Source: Bdellovibrionales bacterium
Lineage (GTDB): Bacteria > Bdellovibrionota > Bdellovibrionia > Bdellovibrionales > UBA1609
NCBI GenBank assembly: GCA_043764155.1
Contig: JAYUKW010000033.1
Coordinates: 6,126-70,125 of the forward strand
Length of the DNA stretch: 64,000 nucleotides
Direction: 5' to 3'
Shown one piece after another: positions 20,954 to 31,241 of the stretch. A model generated the notes under the pieces. It saw nothing but the letters and a program-made list of their open reading frames with translations, did not search any database and was not told the origin of the DNA. Within the stretch, counting starts at the first letter, position 1, and each line of letters starts with the position of its first letter. The translations under genes were made by a program, and so were the position numbers.

Positions 20954-21555
20954 AAGCTCTCTTGAATATTTTTAAGAATATATTTTGCGATAATTTTATG
21001 ACCTTTTTCGTTGGGGTGGATACCATCATCTAAATTAAGGTCCTTACGACCACCAACACCATCTAATAAAAAAGGAATTTTTTTAATTTTATTTTCTTTT
21101 ACTAAGTCTGAAAAAGTACTTTCAAAAGCAAGTCTGTACTCTTGCCCATAATTTAATGGTAATTTCATTCCAGCCAAATACACAAGTACACCTTTAGACG
21201 TGGCTAGCTTTATGGCTTGGTCTAAATTTTTTTTAGTCATCTCTGGCTTCAGTCCTCTGAGACCATCATTCGCACCGAGGGCTAAAATTAAAATATTTGG
21301 TTTTTTCTTCATGTGCCACTGAAGCCTTTTTATAGCACTGGCCGAGGTCGATCCACTAATACCCGCACTAATAACTTCTATGTTTTTATTTTTTTGATCT
21401 AATAGAATTTGCAACTGATTGGGAAAAGCATCTTGTTTTTGTACACCGTAGCCTTCAGTCAAAGAATCACCAATAATTAAGAGTCGTTTTCTAATGGCTG
21501 ATGCGTGCGAACTCACTGAAAATATAAAGACTAATATAAAAAATAGATTTTTCAT
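20950..21555 (-). CDS. SGNH/GDSL arylesterase-thioesterase (TesA-like), secreted
   Basis: Block I GDSLTEGYG, block III GANDGLRG, block V DGIHPN. Signal peptide. 4-nt overlap with the ABC ATPase gene. Confidence 0.85.
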   Translation of the reverse strand: MKNLFFILVFIFSVSSHASAIRKRLLIIGDSLTEGYGVQKQDAFPNQLQILLDQKNKNIEVISAGISGSTSASAIKRLQWHMKKKPNILILALGANDGLRGLKPEMTKKNLDQAIKLATSKGVLVYLAGMKLPLNYGQEYRLAFESTFSDLVKENKIKKIPFLLDGVGGRKDLNLDDGIHPNEKGHKIIAKYILKNIQESL

Positions 21556-21770
21556 TTTTACAGATTAATCATTTGAAACAAGAATGACAATAAAGACATT
21601 TACATGGGTGTAAAAATCACCCTTTTAGGAAGTTTAGCAAAATCACTAACATCCGGATTTAAATATTCAAAACCAACTTATCGACGATCATACAAATTCT
21701 ACCTTGCAATTCTTTGTTTAGAAAACTTAATATAATTGGAGATATATAATGATTTTGACACTAGCCCTTG

Positions 21771-21800
21771 TATATATGTACATAAACTTGTACATATATA
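21771..21800. promoter_or_regulatory. palindromic operator-like site upstream of the Gp49-like toxin gene
   Basis: TATATATGTACA (21771-21782) and TGTACATATATA (21789-21800) are perfect 12-bp inverted repeats 13 nt upstream of the TTG start. TTGACA at 21755-21760 is a possible -35. Confidence 0.4.
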
Positions 21801-21812
21801 TTTGAGTTTAAC

Positions 21813-22142
21813 TTGAAGGCTATTAAAAAAGTTGAATGGCTTGGCGACAGTAAAATAATCTTGTCTAATTTTCCTATTGAAACAAAATCTTCAATAGGCT
21901 TTCAACTCAATGTTTTACAAAAAGGAGAAATTCCAATTCGAAGTCGCCCAATGAAGAGCATTGGACCAAGCGTTTTCGAACTCAAAGAACAAGATGAAGC
22001 AGGATGGTATAGGGTGGTTTATACTTTACAAATAAAAGGACATATTTATGTATTACATGCATTTACCAAAAAAAGTTCCAAAACTTCTAAAGTGGATCTT
22101 GATGTTGCCAAATTAAGGCTAAAGCAACTTAGGAGACTATAA
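21813..22142 (+). CDS. type II toxin, RelE/ParE superfamily (phage Gp49-like, DUF891)
   Basis: 109 aa with a TTG start. N-terminus KKVEWLGDSKIILSNFP and ..YRVVYTLQIKGHIYVLHAFTKKS.. are typical of Gp49-like toxins. Its stop overlaps the start of the HTH partner (ATAATG). Confidence 0.75.
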   Translation: MKAIKKVEWLGDSKIILSNFPIETKSSIGFQLNVLQKGEIPIRSRPMKSIGPSVFELKEQDEAGWYRVVYTLQIKGHIYVLHAFTKKSSKTSKVDLDVAKLRLKQLRRL

Positions 22143-22426
22143 TGCCGAGAAAAGTAAAATCTGTTTTTGAAGATATTGGCTTCACTAAAAGCGAAAGCTT
22201 AGCAATGTCACTTAAGGTAGATCTTTTTCTGAATATAATCAAAATTATTCGTAATCGAAATCTCAAATCAAAAGATCTTCAAAAAATTTTAGCAGTACCT
22301 CATTCAAGGGTCAGTGAGTTAATGAACGCCCATCTTTCTACTTTCAGTATTGAAAAACTAATCACCTACTTAGAAAAACTTGGTTGCACTGCAACTTTGT
22401 CAGTAAAAAATCAAAGAGCTAGCTAA
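22142..22426 (+). CDS. XRE-type HTH antitoxin partner
   Basis: 94 aa. SVFEDIGFTKSESLAMSLKVDL...LKSKDLQKILAVPHSRVSELMNA..FSIEKLITYLEKLG matches the antidote partner of Gp49-like toxins by recollection. Confidence 0.75.
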   Translation: MPRKVKSVFEDIGFTKSESLAMSLKVDLFLNIIKIIRNRNLKSKDLQKILAVPHSRVSELMNAHLSTFSIEKLITYLEKLGCTATLSVKNQRAS

Positions 22427-22443
22427 CATTTCTAAAACTATTT

Positions 22444-24009
22444 TTAATCAAAAAGCTGATTGGTGTTTCCAGTGGTGTTGGTGTGGCTATAGTTGATGCC
22501 GTACTTGTTTAAAACTGAAGCCCAAAAATTTGGAAGCGGGGTCAGTGCTGAAACGCTGTAACTGACTTGATCTGGCCTGACTGCTGTCAACCTATGGTGT
22601 TGACCCGTTTTAAATCCCCCACCCTTGCCAGCAACTAAGAAGGGCATATCTGCCGGCGCACTAGTATGATTACCGTCTTTAAATCCATAACCGTAAGTGG
22701 CGATAGAGTTATTAAATAAACCCCTAGTTTTTAAACCTTGTACAAAATAACGATATTGTCTTAAATAATAATTATTTAATGTAACTAATTTTAAGTAATT
22801 AATCATATCTGTATTGTCGGCCCCATAGTGTGCCATACCAATATGCTGACTTGTGGCCATATCACTGATTAATGTTGTACGGCCCACTTCGGAATGAAGA
22901 TCTTCTGCCGCCACAATTTGATTATAGAAATTGTTGATATCAGCGGCTTCAGATTGCATTTGTAAAATACCAACTTTTCTAATTCCACATTCCATAGCGG
23001 CCAGCATAATATCCATATTAGCTTTAACAATCGCGTTATAGTCTTGGCCTCTGCTGGCCGCGGCATCTAAATTAGCTGCTGGCACTGCTGGTTTAGTACA
23101 AACCGGTCCAGTCCCTGTTGATGCTAAAGTTCTTTGTAATTCTTCGTAATTAGTTAACCAACGATCTAAAATAATTCTATCATCCGCAGACGCTAATGCT
23201 CTTTTGGCTTGAATGTCTGGAAGTAAAAAATCGAGTGCACTTTTACGTTTCTTCAAAGCCGCAGTGATTTGAGGATCAGTTGGTAAACCGAATGTATCCA
23301 CAAACATCTGACCTGGATTTGTATAACTGTAAGCGGGTTTATTATTTAAGTAGGATAAGTTATGGCCCCACTCACGGTTCGCACCGGTGCCCATATCGGC
23401 CCCGCCGGCATTTCGCATTTTTGCACTTAAAATATGTTTCTGTATTGAGGTCGCGTCTGTTTTTCCAGATAATTTTTTACCAATAATCTGATCGATACTG
23501 TCATTGACTGAATATAAATCTGTACACCAATTGTTTTGAAAATCATTTCCAGTCAAATATCTTGCGATGGCGTCTGCATGGTGTCCCGCGCAGGTATTCC
23601 CCGCAGAGTTTTGAAGACCACTGACAATAGAAAAATCATTTTGCATTCCACTTAATTTATTTAACATGGTTGGCAACACTGTTGGCAAAGCGCCTACTGC
23701 CGGATACCATCTAGACATACTACGGTCCCACTTCAAAGTCCCATTAGGATTTATAGAATGAGGATAAGTCCCGTCAGGCATATACATCACAAATAAATTC
23801 ATAGGATTAGCTACCGTCTGCGATCTTAAGTCTTTTGGTATTAAACTGACTAAAGTTGGCAACATCAACTTTAATGTCATTCCGTAAATGCTTCCTTCAA
23901 GAAACTGACGACGATTAAGTGATGGGTTTAGTTTCTGATTAGATTGCTCTGTAGGCAGATACTTGGGTTGCAGATTATACTTTTGATTTACATTTTTTTT
24001 GCTCATCAC
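22444..24009 (-). CDS. DUF1552 domain protein with Tat-like signal
   Basis: 521 aa with an N-terminal RRQFLEG twin-arginine motif. Paired head-to-tail, with no gap, with the DUF1592-type gene, as is usual for this family pair. Confidence 0.75.
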   Translation of the reverse strand: MMSKKNVNQKYNLQPKYLPTEQSNQKLNPSLNRRQFLEGSIYGMTLKLMLPTLVSLIPKDLRSQTVANPMNLFVMYMPDGTYPHSINPNGTLKWDRSMSRWYPAVGALPTVLPTMLNKLSGMQNDFSIVSGLQNSAGNTCAGHHADAIARYLTGNDFQNNWCTDLYSVNDSIDQIIGKKLSGKTDATSIQKHILSAKMRNAGGADMGTGANREWGHNLSYLNNKPAYSYTNPGQMFVDTFGLPTDPQITAALKKRKSALDFLLPDIQAKRALASADDRIILDRWLTNYEELQRTLASTGTGPVCTKPAVPAANLDAAASRGQDYNAIVKANMDIMLAAMECGIRKVGILQMQSEAADINNFYNQIVAAEDLHSEVGRTTLISDMATSQHIGMAHYGADNTDMINYLKLVTLNNYYLRQYRYFVQGLKTRGLFNNSIATYGYGFKDGNHTSAPADMPFLVAGKGGGFKTGQHHRLTAVRPDQVSYSVSALTPLPNFWASVLNKYGINYSHTNTTGNTNQLFD

Positions 24010-25695
24010 TTACCTGCCGTTTTCTTTAAATGAAGGACTATTAATTATTTTTTTCAAAACGTCTTCGAAGGATCCACCATTCGAAATCACATTGACACCC
24101 AGGTCTTCAGACAAGCAGTGATCTTTTAAATTCATTGTTCGACCCAAGGCAAAACTGACTATTTTACGAGACATGCAAATGCTAGTTTCAGGATTATTAG
24201 CCACTAGTCTTTTTAATTCACCGGGACCATTAAATCTTTCCCCATCTAAAAGACCATCAGCAACAACGGAAATCCCTCGTCCGCTCCATTTACCTAGATT
24301 GTAACTTGTGATCCACTTTCCACTTGCATTATAATTTTCTAAACCAAAACCCAGTGGGTCCATTCGGGCATGACAACCCTTACAGCTAGTTTGGCTAGCG
24401 TGAAGTGCAGCCAACTCACGCGGACTATTGACCAAGCTTGAATCAGGTAATGCCGTCACCCCAGGAGGTGGAGGTGGCACTGTATCGCACAGAACATTAT
24501 TTAAAATCCACGACCCACGACTGACTGGATGTGTATCTAAAGTCCCACCAGAGGTGTTAATTAAAAAACTGGCTTGAGAGATTAATCCCCCACGATTTGA
24601 TCCAGAACTTGAATTTAATATTGGAACTTTGGTGAAGGCTGTCCCCGTCACGCCAGATATTTCATAGTGGGCGGCTAAGCTTGCATTCAAAAAAGAATAA
24701 TCCGCATCCCATAAATCTAAAACCCGTGAACTTTGAGTTAAAACATGATTCACAAACTCTTCTGTTTCACGCTTGGCACTTTGAAGCACCATGTTTGAAA
24801 CCCCAAACTCTGATGGCACAGAGCTGTTTTCAACTTTTGAATAATCTAACCACTGATCGGCAAAGACGGACGACAAGCGTTTTGATTTTGGATTTAAAAG
24901 CATTCTTTTTATTTGAGCTTCTACATTAGCTTGCGAACTTAAATCTGAAGTTAATAAAATATCATCAGGGCTAGACGCCCATATCAAGTATGACAACCTT
25001 GATGCCAATTCAAAATTATTTAACTTCACTTTTTGATTTTGTGGTGCTGAGTAAGCCCCATAAGATTTATATAAAAAATTTGGTGACGCCAGCATCGTTG
25101 CTAAAATCACTTCCGCTGGTTCATTAAAGGTTGTGTAGGCGTTGAAAATATTTTTTAAACTGGTCATCTCTGAAGGTTCAATTAAAGGTCTTCTAAAAAC
25201 TTTAAGACTTAACTTTCTTAAAAAATCATCGAAGCACGCATTAGTTCTGGTGTTGCAGCTTAAACCTAAAATTGAACTTGGGTTTGAAGTGATAATTCGG
25301 TTTGCAGTATTCAGTGCAAGCTCAAAGTACGCGTTACTCACGTTTTGAGATAAGTTGGTGTCACGATTCATTCTAGAGTATTCATTGGTAAAACCACTAC
25401 CCCCGGCTTGATCTGCAGTGGGAAAGTTTGAAGGAACCATATCGACATTAAACAAATCTTTAATGGTGTAAATGTACTCTTGGTTCGTTAAACGGTGAAG
25501 TTGCATTTTGGCTTGAGGCGAACTGGGAACGCACTGTGAAATAAAATTTTGATTCGTTCCACCGCCACTTGAAAATTCGTTGCTTGCGTTAAAACCTGCG
25601 CCGCAATTGTTATATAAAAAAAGCATGGCAGACAAAATTGTAAGACAAGATAAAGAATTTAAAATTTGTTTTTTAGAATAAAACAAGTTTTTCAT
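24010..25695 (-). CDS. DUF1592/DUF1588/DUF1585-type (planctomycete PSD/PSCyt-like) protein
   Basis: 561 aa with a signal/lipobox (YNNCGAG). The heme-like motif CKGCHARMDPLGFGLENY is characteristic of the DUF1588/PSCyt3 module by recollection. Confidence 0.75.
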   Translation of the reverse strand: MKNLFYSKKQILNSLSCLTILSAMLFLYNNCGAGFNASNEFSSGGGTNQNFISQCVPSSPQAKMQLHRLTNQEYIYTIKDLFNVDMVPSNFPTADQAGGSGFTNEYSRMNRDTNLSQNVSNAYFELALNTANRIITSNPSSILGLSCNTRTNACFDDFLRKLSLKVFRRPLIEPSEMTSLKNIFNAYTTFNEPAEVILATMLASPNFLYKSYGAYSAPQNQKVKLNNFELASRLSYLIWASSPDDILLTSDLSSQANVEAQIKRMLLNPKSKRLSSVFADQWLDYSKVENSSVPSEFGVSNMVLQSAKRETEEFVNHVLTQSSRVLDLWDADYSFLNASLAAHYEISGVTGTAFTKVPILNSSSGSNRGGLISQASFLINTSGGTLDTHPVSRGSWILNNVLCDTVPPPPPGVTALPDSSLVNSPRELAALHASQTSCKGCHARMDPLGFGLENYNASGKWITSYNLGKWSGRGISVVADGLLDGERFNGPGELKRLVANNPETSICMSRKIVSFALGRTMNLKDHCLSEDLGVNVISNGGSFEDVLKKIINSPSFKENGR

Positions 25696-25826
25696 TCATA
25701 GGACTTATCGGATTTTTTAATCTTAAAATGGAAAGTAATAATCTAATGAAACCCAAAAGTCTCAATTTAATACGATAATTGATTCAGACTGAATATACGA
25801 CACAACACTGTTGATAGAATTTAAAT

Positions 25827-25856
25827 AAAAAGGCTTCTGTTTCAGAAGCCTTTTTT
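25827..25856 (-). terminator. rho-independent terminator downstream of the 1314-aa lipoprotein gene
   Basis: The stem AAGGCTTCTG pairs with CAGAAGCCTT, with a TTT loop and A/T runs on both sides. Confidence 0.65.
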
Positions 25857-25897
25857 ATAATAATTAAACAAGCTGTTATTAAATTTAATTCCAGAAA

Positions 25898-28800
25898 TTA
25901 ATTAGGAATAAACTTAATTGGCAATGAAGAGGTCGCAGATTGATTCGCCGTGAATCTTTCTGTGGCTTTAAATACAATTCTAGGTCGTGGATTTGCAGCC
26001 AAATAACCTGCATTTAAAGTTCCAGACAATAAACCATTTTGTGCATTTAAAGTTAAACCGATGTCACCGATGTCACCCGTAAGGTAAACAGTTCCGTCTG
26101 GGTTAACTAATCTTGCTGTGTAATCCAAAATGTCTTGTTCCGCGTCGTAGAACAAAGTTTTAACATCTAGACTGATCGCATTTAAAGCCGCCGCAGTAAT
26201 CACTTGAGGGTTATGCATATCTGTCCCTTCTGCTGGAACTAAAACAGAAGCATCTAAAGGCTTAAATCCATCCCAACAGACTGATGTCGGTGAATTTGTT
26301 GATGGATCACAAGTCTGATCTTTTCTGTCATATTCGAATTCAAAAGCCACTGCACCTCCACCTTCACCAAATCTTAGCTCTAGGGCGTAGACGTTACCTT
26401 GTTTCAACAAAGAGTATCCGTTTTTATAAGAATCAGTTGTCCCATCGAAGAAGATCTGTGTTGGTGCACCAACAGCACTTCCATAATCTCCACCAGTTGG
26501 ACCACCAGCAGTTCCTCTAAATTCACTGCTACAAGTGGATCCTGTATTTAAACCCGGGGCAATACTTTGGGTCATTGTCACCATAGATCCTACACAGTAA
26601 CTGACGGTTACTACAGGCGTTAAGTCTTCTATATATTCTGTTGCTGCTAAGAATAATCTGATGTTGTCATCTATTCTACGAGTTCTGAATCTATAAACAC
26701 CCGTTGATGCTGGAACGAAATATCCAGAGTAAGTTTCACCGTAAGACCGTGTACCATTTATACAAGGAGTGACTCGTCCACCATTACCAGCAGTCAAAAA
26801 TGCGGACTGACTGCAATATGCCGTACTTGCGGACGGAAACTTTTGATCCGTGTACACAGGAGTACTACTCCATCCATTTTCAGTACTGTAGTTGTCACCG
26901 AAATGAATTCGCTGATCTGCAGGCAATAAATTATTGATGGCGGCAGGAATACTAGCTGGATTCGTTCTATAACCCGAAGCACTCAACTGACATGTTCCAG
27001 TTCCACCAGTACATAAACCACTGTTTGTAAATGCATCACGAATTGGCTGACCCGCATAAGGGTTAACAAAGAAGTTATCAATTTCGCCCCACACAATTTG
27101 GTTATCAAGTTGAGGGTTTGCATTTCCAGATCCACCACCAAATCTTTTCATTGTAATACCACCACGTTTTTCATCATTAAGTGGTAATACAGCTATTGGC
27201 GGTGCATTATTGGCGCCGTTACCAGATCCTGTTCTTGAAATATTAAAGACTGTGAATGCTGTAGCTCCACTTGGATCTTGTGCAATAACACCTACATTTG
27301 TATTCGCACCTGCAGGCGGAATACCGACTAAATTAATTCCCTGAATTGATAACCAACCCGGAGCTGGTCCTTCACCAAACTGATCTGTTACAAAATAAGT
27401 TATTAAATCACCGTCTGGATCTTGAAAGTAAGTGCCTAAGTTCACAGTGAAACTTTGAGCTTCAGTCCCGTAAACTTCCACTTCATTAAATTTTAAATCT
27501 TGATCTCCTGCAGAGTTTTTTGATCCTACAGGTCTGATAATACGAACACGTCCACCAATAACTTTTTGTTTCATTGTCACTGTCAATGGAGTGCCTGTTA
27601 CACCAGATGTTACTGACACAACTTCACGAGTGATCACTTGGTTTGTTGCAGATCTTACTTGTAGGATTGAGTTTCCTAAAGACTGCGCCCCGTTAATTAC
27701 AAATCTGTCGACTTCCCAAATTGTTGTTCCAGGAAAATCTAATTCTAAATAGTGAGCTGAACTTGAAGATGTGGTCGCAGACGTTGATGCACTTCCGTCA
27801 ATTAAATTAGCAGCAGTTCCCGTTGCAAAACCTGAAGACGTGATGTCGCCAACAACTAAAGGAATTTTAATTAATCCACCACCAAAACTCACGACTTGAT
27901 TTGGAATTGGTAATAATAAAAATGGCGACTGATTGAATCCAAAGATTGTCACTGTCGCTGAAGCTGTATTTGAAATTTCGGTATTTGGTGTTCCAACAAT
28001 TCTGTATGTGAACGTGTAAACCAAACTCGCATTAGAACTTAAATTTAAAGCGGCCGCATTGGTCACATTAAATGTGAAAGTTCCGTTCGGATTCACAGTT
28101 AATGTTGGCGATCCAGTAGATGGCGATACTGAAGCCACTGTTTGCCATGCGTGAGCTTCTGATGAATCAATTCCCGTGTCATTAAAAGTAAGGTTGCCGA
28201 CAACTTGAATATTATTATTTTCAGCAATGGTTTCAGACACAGAGTAAGCGTCACCAACTGCTACAGGTGAAGAGTCAGGGACATCTGAAATTGAAACCAG
28301 AAATGATTTAAAACCGGTTGCTGGAATTGTGTTCGTGTCTGGCAAAGTCAGTCTTGTTTGAATACGATGCTTACCCTGAATATCAGAATCAAATAAAGTA
28401 TCATTCGAAACAGTAATAACTCCAGTTACAGGATCAATCGTGTAAGCGTTTTGTGGATCACTCGTGGCCTGGTCAATTGAGAATACACCACCAGTTGAAT
28501 TTCCATAAAGTAAGCTTACAGTTCCTAACACGGTCCCGTTTACTGTTGTTTCCGGTATTGATAACCCGGACAAAGATAGTCTTGGTTGTTCGCTGATCCC
28601 ATTAATCAATTGAGCTGGCACGTAGTTAATTTTTAATGAGTCACCTATAGTAGGTAAATATTGTGCTGTTAAAGTAATACCCTGCTGAACTGGAAGATAA
28701 ACAAACCCTCCAATTGGAACTATAATTATTGAACCGTTTGCTTTAATAATTTGAATTTCAATAGTCGATGGGATCGGTTTATACGCAATTGGAAAAAATG

Positions 28801-29842
28801 AAGCCGAAACCAAAATAGCCTGACTGATCTGGCCTAAATTTGTAATGTAATCATTTTGTGAAGCATTGATATCAAATGCAATACCACCAGATGGAACAGC
28901 TATGTCTTCTGCAATATTTCCAGTGAATGCTGTATCTACGATTGAATATATAGAGTAGTTCGCTTCACCCTCATTTACATTCGTTGTTGAGGGGTCGTCT
29001 TTGTAATTAGTTAAAAAATTAATGTATTGCTGTGAGGTATGATTTCCTACGGCGCCTGGAATAAAAGTTAAACTTGGAGTTAAACTGTCTCTCGAAGCAT
29101 CGGGTTCATCAGACACAATAATTATTGCCAAGTGGGCATCAGGTCGAACAAATCTAGCGCCTGGCGCTTTTAAAGCGTCTCTTTCTAAAAAGGCCTTAAT
29201 ACTTTGTAAAGGTCTTTCGTCGTTGATGTACTCCCAAGCTTGTTGTCTTGTTGTGGAATTATAACCATTAGAATCTTCAAACGAATTATTGGTTACCTGA
29301 GAGTATGCAGGGTTCGCAAATGGAGGGCCCACAAGACCACAACCTGATGTCCCTCTTTGAACTCCATAAACGTCAAAATTCTTTGCGAATTTCGTTAAAA
29401 AAGATCCAATAGTTGAAGAGTTTAAATCATCTAAATAAGGAAGCGCAGACAGCGATCCAGATCTATCAACACATTCACCTTTATGTAGGTCACCAAAAAT
29501 GGGTTGTCCCGAAGGTGCTAAAAAAGTTAGATTGTTATCAGCATCATAAGCTGCTGCCGACCATGCGGAAGTTGAAATCACACCCATTCTATACTCGTAA
29601 CCTAAAGCAATAAAGCCTTCGACAAATACAGATATATTGTTACGAACTTTTTCGACTTCTTCGAACATACTTTTAGAAGGATCGACAACCCATAAGATAT
29701 CCATTTTAGGATCAAAACCCAAGTCGCCTTCATCAAATGAGTCAGAAGTTGATGACGTGGAAATTGAACCACCGCCACCGCCGCAATTAGCAATTGTCAT
29801 TAACATTAAACTTGTTAGAAACAATTTCATTAAATTATACAT
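25898..29842 (-). CDS. giant surface lipoprotein with VWA-like, Ig/cadherin-like, discoidin-like and PA14-like regions
   Basis: 1314 aa. Lipobox TIANCGGGGG. MIDAS-like DILWVVDPSKSM...IIIVSDEPD. F5/8-type-C-like ..ANLIDGSASTS..AHYLELDF... PA14-like YSGYFVPASTGVYRFRTRRIDDNIRLFL. Domain calls are by eye. Confidence 0.65.
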   Translation of the reverse strand: MYNLMKLFLTSLMLMTIANCGGGGGSISTSSTSDSFDEGDLGFDPKMDILWVVDPSKSMFEEVEKVRNNISVFVEGFIALGYEYRMGVISTSAWSAAAYDADNNLTFLAPSGQPIFGDLHKGECVDRSGSLSALPYLDDLNSSTIGSFLTKFAKNFDVYGVQRGTSGCGLVGPPFANPAYSQVTNNSFEDSNGYNSTTRQQAWEYINDERPLQSIKAFLERDALKAPGARFVRPDAHLAIIIVSDEPDASRDSLTPSLTFIPGAVGNHTSQQYINFLTNYKDDPSTTNVNEGEANYSIYSIVDTAFTGNIAEDIAVPSGGIAFDINASQNDYITNLGQISQAILVSASFFPIAYKPIPSTIEIQIIKANGSIIIVPIGGFVYLPVQQGITLTAQYLPTIGDSLKINYVPAQLINGISEQPRLSLSGLSIPETTVNGTVLGTVSLLYGNSTGGVFSIDQATSDPQNAYTIDPVTGVITVSNDTLFDSDIQGKHRIQTRLTLPDTNTIPATGFKSFLVSISDVPDSSPVAVGDAYSVSETIAENNNIQVVGNLTFNDTGIDSSEAHAWQTVASVSPSTGSPTLTVNPNGTFTFNVTNAAALNLSSNASLVYTFTYRIVGTPNTEISNTASATVTIFGFNQSPFLLLPIPNQVVSFGGGLIKIPLVVGDITSSGFATGTAANLIDGSASTSATTSSSSAHYLELDFPGTTIWEVDRFVINGAQSLGNSILQVRSATNQVITREVVSVTSGVTGTPLTVTMKQKVIGGRVRIIRPVGSKNSAGDQDLKFNEVEVYGTEAQSFTVNLGTYFQDPDGDLITYFVTDQFGEGPAPGWLSIQGINLVGIPPAGANTNVGVIAQDPSGATAFTVFNISRTGSGNGANNAPPIAVLPLNDEKRGGITMKRFGGGSGNANPQLDNQIVWGEIDNFFVNPYAGQPIRDAFTNSGLCTGGTGTCQLSASGYRTNPASIPAAINNLLPADQRIHFGDNYSTENGWSSTPVYTDQKFPSASTAYCSQSAFLTAGNGGRVTPCINGTRSYGETYSGYFVPASTGVYRFRTRRIDDNIRLFLAATEYIEDLTPVVTVSYCVGSMVTMTQSIAPGLNTGSTCSSEFRGTAGGPTGGDYGSAVGAPTQIFFDGTTDSYKNGYSLLKQGNVYALELRFGEGGGAVAFEFEYDRKDQTCDPSTNSPTSVCWDGFKPLDASVLVPAEGTDMHNPQVITAAALNAISLDVKTLFYDAEQDILDYTARLVNPDGTVYLTGDIGDIGLTLNAQNGLLSGTLNAGYLAANPRPRIVFKATERFTANQSATSSLPIKFIPN

Positions 29843-30068
29843 AGGTTTATCCTTTTAGAGATTACGTTCAATTACGAATATATATCGGGACAGGTCCAGT
29901 TGAGGATGAAGTTTATTAAATACGACTCAATTCAAGACTTAAGGATGGGTCTTGATGGATTTGGATTTTAGGATTTTAATTAAAATATCTAACTTTGATA
30001 CACATACATAAGTGTTACTGAAATGTATTAAATCAGCCACTGCATGAGATATGATAAGGAAATTGGGT

Positions 30069-30527
30069 TTAAATAAACACTTTCGCAGATACATTAAACC
30101 TTTTAGCAAGCGCTCTTATCTGACGAAGATTCAGCTCCCTTTGTCCGGCTAAGATTTTTGATACTACAGACTGCCCACCAAGATCTTCCGAAAGATCAGC
30201 TTGTTTTAGATTCTTTAGTTCCATCAAATATACAAGCATTTCAGCACCGGTCACATTTTGTGTAGTGAATTGATTTCTTTCATAATCACCAGCAAGCTCT
30301 GAAAGAGTTCTTAAATACAATTCAATACCTTTGTCTTTTGATTTTTCAGAATTTACATAAACAATAAGCTTTTCAATAACCCGGAGTGCATCCTCGTGAT
30401 GCCTTTTAGAAGAAATAGATTGAAGAGGAAAAACTTCAACAAGTTCTAAATATGTAGAGCTTACTTTCTGGCCAGAAAGGCCAACGTCTTTTTTAATATT
30501 TAAAATTAACTTCTGCGCGAAATTCAT
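30069..30527 (-). CDS. higA: HigA-type antitoxin (C-terminal XRE HTH)
   Basis: 152 aa starting 3 nt downstream of higB. The C-terminus LKQADLSEDLGGQSVVSKILAGQRELNLRQIRALAKRFNVSAKVFI is typical of the partner of HigB_toxin-family genes. Confidence 0.75.
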   Translation of the reverse strand: MNFAQKLILNIKKDVGLSGQKVSSTYLELVEVFPLQSISSKRHHEDALRVIEKLIVYVNSEKSKDKGIELYLRTLSELAGDYERNQFTTQNVTGAEMLVYLMELKNLKQADLSEDLGGQSVVSKILAGQRELNLRQIRALAKRFNVSAKVFI

Positions 30528-30530
30528 TTT

Positions 30531-30821
30531 TTACTCCTTCCATTTATTATTGTCGTACTCTTTATGAGTTAATACATGAGTTATCAACACAACTTTAACC
30601 CCATATTCAATTTTTGTTATAGCCCGTACTTTGTTCCCAGCAACATCAAATATTATTTGTGAACCAACAAAATCAACACACCCACCAAACAAGTTTTTTA
30701 TATCTTGCGGTTTATCAAAATCACTTTCCTCAATCAACTTTGTCCATCTCTCCAAAGCCTTTCGGCTTGTTGAATGCTTCTTTTTAAACTGCTCAATTAT
30801 GTTTCGGCCAAGAAGCTTCAT
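30531..30821 (-). CDS. higB: HigB-family mRNA interferase toxin (HigB_toxin / RelE-like)
   Basis: 96 aa. ..ALERWTKLIEESDFDKPQDIKNLFG..VDFVGSQIIFDVAGNKVRAITKIEYGVKVVLITHVLTHKEYD.. matches the HigB_toxin family pattern. Confidence 0.85.
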   Translation of the reverse strand: MKLLGRNIIEQFKKKHSTSRKALERWTKLIEESDFDKPQDIKNLFGGCVDFVGSQIIFDVAGNKVRAITKIEYGVKVVLITHVLTHKEYDNNKWKE

Positions 30822-30826
30822 AACTT

Positions 30827-30847
30827 AATATAGCAAAATGCTATATT
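30827..30847. promoter_or_regulatory. palindromic operator-like site just upstream of higB
   Basis: AATATAGCA-AAA-TGCTATATT has perfect 9-bp arms and lies 6 nt from the higB start codon. Confidence 0.45.
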
Positions 30848-31108
30848 TTAAGCAAGAACCTTAACGAATTTTTAATAATAGTGGACTTAAAATTAACAAT
30901 CTTTTACTAAAATCAGTCCTAACTGTACCATTCGGTGACACTTGCTAATGGAGCATTAAATATCGCAAAGAATTAGATTTTAATTTTAATAAAACTAAAC
31001 TTTTGTGAACTTAAAAAATGCCTATTTTTATACCTCCGATACGGAGGTATTTTAATAAGCAAATTATAAGTTTCTAACCCATAGGCATGCAGAGGAAACA
31101 CATTAGAT

Positions 31109-31232
31109 CATCCAACTAGCGTCAATCTGCCCGAAGAGGTCATCACCCGGCCTAAAGGCGTTAGCTTTGGAGATGGAAGTTCCATATCAAACCCTTATGC
31201 GTAAATTCATTATAGAGGGGCTTACTAAAAGA
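31109..31232 (+). pseudogene. frameshifted remnant of a second brnA-like antitoxin gene
   Basis: It aligns by eye with intact brnA (32418-32540): CATCCAAC.AG.GT.AATCT.CC.GAAGA.GT.ATCAC...GTTCC.TATCAAACCCTTATGCGTAAATT.ATTAT.GA.GG.CTTAC.AAAAGA. One extra base near 31147 breaks the frame. There is no 5' part and no brnT partner. Confidence 0.6.
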
Positions 31233-31241
31233 ATTGATAAA

